From NCBI GenBank assembly GCA_010093815.1, contig ML996585.1: 64,000 nt of DNA; one strand, 5' to 3'. The position numbers and the translations under genes were made by a program. Shown here in pieces: positions 61,595 to 64,000 of the stretch. The DNA comes from Pseudovirgaria hyperparasitica (taxonomy: Eukaryota). The notes under the pieces are model-generated. The model searched no databases and was not told where the DNA came from. It saw only the letters and a list, made by a program, of their open reading frames with translations. Positions within the stretch are counted from its first letter, which is position 1. Each line of letters begins with the position of its first letter.

Positions 61595-62859
61595 ATGGCA
61601 GGCGAAGTGCGACAACCAATTGACACCAGGTCGTTAGAGCGCTACATTGAAGCAAATGTTCCAGAAATCAAGGTTCCGCTCAAAGTAAAGCAGGTATGCT
61701 GTTATGTACTCTGTGGAAGTCGGCGCCGGTCAGTAACGATGTCACAGTTTGGATATGGCCAGTCGAACCCTACCTATCAGCTTATCGATAAGACTGGCGC
61801 AAAGTATGTGATGCGCAAGAAGCCTCCAGGCAAGCTATTGTCTAAGGCCGCCCATAAAGTAGACCGAGAGTATCGCATCATACATGCCCTGGAGAAGACA
61901 GATGTTCCAGTACCAAAAGCATACTGCTTATGTGAGGACGACAGCATTGTTGGAACAGCATTCTATATAATGGAGTTCTTGGATGGGCGCATTTTTGAGG
62001 ATCCATCACTTCCAGGCGTTTCCTCTCAAGATCGAACGGAAATGTGGCACGACGTCGTGCGTACACTTGCCAAGTTCCACACCGTAGATCCAGACTCTGT
62101 CGGGCTCCCAACATTTGGGAAGAAGTCGGGGTTCTACACCAGACAAATCGCTACCTTTGCGATGATATCTGCGGCTCAAGCGCAAGCAAAAGACAAGGAG
62201 ACAAAGAAGCCTGTTGGCCAGATACCCCACTACGACCAGATGGTGGAGATATTTGGTAAGGAGGAGAATCAGCCAAAGGACAGGGCGACGTTCGTTCACG
62301 GCGATTATAAGGTGTTTGCATTGTTAAGAGAGACTATCCGTGATGCATACTAACGCATATAGATTGATAACCTAGTGTTCCATAAAACGGAACCTCGAGT
62401 CATTGGAATTCTTGAGTAGGTCTTCAGTCCTTGTGCGCAGCTACCATACTTATCCCTATTAGCTGGGAGATGGCTACAATAGGTCATCCATTATCCGATT
62501 TATCAAACCTTCTCATGCCGTTTGTTCTTGCAAAGTCGAGGCTTGCGGCGGAAATAGGCAAGGGCAACATGGCTTTTAAATCCGATAACCCTGATGGGCT
62601 GCCAGAACACGACCAGCTTGTACGATGGTATTCAGACGCTGCTAGATGGGATCCATCGCCTGATATGACCTTTGGTGAGGCCTTCAGCATGTACAGAGGA
62701 TCCGTGATCTTGCAGGGCATTGCCGCCCGGTACGCTCTGCGGCAAGCAAGCAGTGCACAGGCCAAGGAATATGGAAGCAGGATGGCACCGTACGGAGAAC
62801 TAGCTTGGGACCTGATACAGTTGTTCAAGAAAGAGAAGTCGTCGAAGGCCAAGTTATGA
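61595..62859 (+). CDS. APH/choline-kinase-like phosphotransferase (ACAD10/11 N-terminal domain-like), 4 exons
   Basis: QFGYGQSNPTY, RKKPPGKLLSKAAHKVDREY, FYIMEFLDGRIF, VHGDYK|IDN, ILD|WEMATIGHPLSD. Confidence 0.9.
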
Positions 62860-63067
62860 AAAATGAAGTCCCCGGTCTCGGAACAGGTCAGGGTCGCTGC
62901 TGGGAGAATTGTATAATGAGTGACGTGCTTTCATTGGTGTATGATATCGATGTTGGCATACCTTGGGGTATCTGCCGATGAAATATTAGGCAGCTGGATC
63001 TCATTTGCCCAATCCCATGAAACGCCTGTCTGCCGTTTGTCGTCATATGGCGAGTAACCATGACTGT

Positions 63068-63438
63068 CTAATGCTGTTGCATGCGCTCTCCTCGATCGTT
63101 GCCACCGATACGCTCCAGAGCCTAAGGCCCCCATTAGTGTGTATTCCACAATATCGTGGGCGCGATGCGATATACCTCAAGCATGACGACCGAATTTCCT
63201 CTTATGACCACCATACCAATTTTCACCTTCTCGCCACCAGGCTTCTCCTCCACAGCATCATCTAGGACGATGTTGAGAAAGACATCATAGCCGCGAAGAA
63301 CGCCCATCACTCGTCTGCTCCCGTTGAGCTGCACGTATAACCTCTTGTCAAGGTACTAGGTAAAAGGCTGTAAGCGCGTTCTAAGCTAGGAGTTTTGCTT
63401 CTCATTACCTTCTTGAGCTCAGGCTGTGCTTGAGGCAT
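63068..63438 (-). CDS. SMX2: Sm protein G (snRNP core), 3 exons
   Basis: MPQAQPELKK|YLDKRLYVQLNGSRRVMGVLRGYDVFLNIVLDDAVE..IGMVVIRGNSVVMLE|ALERI. Confidence 0.95.
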
Positions 63439-63793
63439 CGTAATTATGTTGCAAGTCCGTAGTTGTAATCGTAGGTAGTGGCAGGCGCAATTGTCCGTTC
63501 AGGGTTGAGCGGGTGAGTTGCGGTGTTGGGTTGTTTGTGGTGGTTGTGGCTAAGAGTTCAGACGTGGTGAGGGATGTGAGTGATGAGCAGGCGGTAATAA
63601 AACAATTAAGGTAAATTACCGGTTCGTACTGAAACTTCCACCTCGACGCACCGTTAGCGCGAAAGGTCTAGAGGTGGCCTAATTAGTGGATGAACGACCG
63701 CAACGCCTTTTGGAGCAGGCCAACTTTCGGTCATTGACGCAAGCACATCCGATGTCAGCCAGTCTCAACAATCAGCAATCAACTATACATCCA

Positions 63794-64000
63794 CTATGGC
63801 ACTAAAGAAGTCTTTATCAGCTCGGCGAGTACCCCGCAAGATCGGTAGCGATGGGGAGCAGGACGATGAGGCAATACCTGCCGACCATTCTTCGCAAGGT
63901 ATGACTTTCCCCCATAATCCTCCAGCACTGCTCTAATGTGTCCTGACAGATCGCTGATATGGTCCTTAGAATCCGCTGTAAAGAAGCCTTCCACCTCAGG
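63794..64000 (-). CDS. Probable 3' end of a gene running off the window edge
   Basis: Open frame from the window end to TAG at 63794; product not recognised. Confidence 0.35.
   Translation of the reverse strand, partial: PEVEGFFTADSKDHISDLSGHIRAVLEDYGGKSYLAKNGRQVLPHRPAPHRYRSCGVLAELIKTSLVP

Noticed and set aside
3766..63438. Functional clustering of spliceosomal genes (DIB1, PRP4, SmG)
   Set aside because: They are dispersed among unrelated housekeeping genes, with no evidence beyond chance.

Overview
Genomic DNA from a filamentous ascomycete (Pezizomycotina). Evidence: short GT..CTRAC..AG introns, and RIP-type CpA->TpA / TpG->TpA damage in the repeats. Two gene-dense blocks flank a sharply bounded, RIP-degenerated AT-rich island of 20.3 kb (16496-36827). 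The left block holds an RBR E3 ligase, DIB1, NSA2, MPS1, PTC7, PRP4 and a GH51 arabinofuranosidase. The right block holds RAX2, calnexin, methylmalonate-semialdehyde dehydrogenase, a large repeat/coiled-coil protein, TMA22, RAD17, a CLIP-170/Bik1 homolog, an APH-family kinase and SmG. The island resolves completely into one PIF/Harbinger DNA transposon (19-bp TIRs, TAA TSD, DDE transposase plus a convergent Myb/SANT-like gene). Nested in it are two different full-length chromodomain Ty3/Gypsy elements, a 602-bp TRIM and two solo LTRs of the TRIM family, each with an intact 5-bp TSD. The most notable signals are: (1) both unrelated Gypsy elements carry, between pol and the 3' LTR, an antisense, intron-containing gene remnant with a RIP-masked Cys6 zinc-cluster-like motif; (2) the TRIM, and apparently both Gypsy elements, show Tf1-type self-priming PBS/LTR complementarity, and the TRIM also carries a tRNA-like T-arm/B-box. 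All de-RIPed protein readings were made by eye and need computational confirmation.
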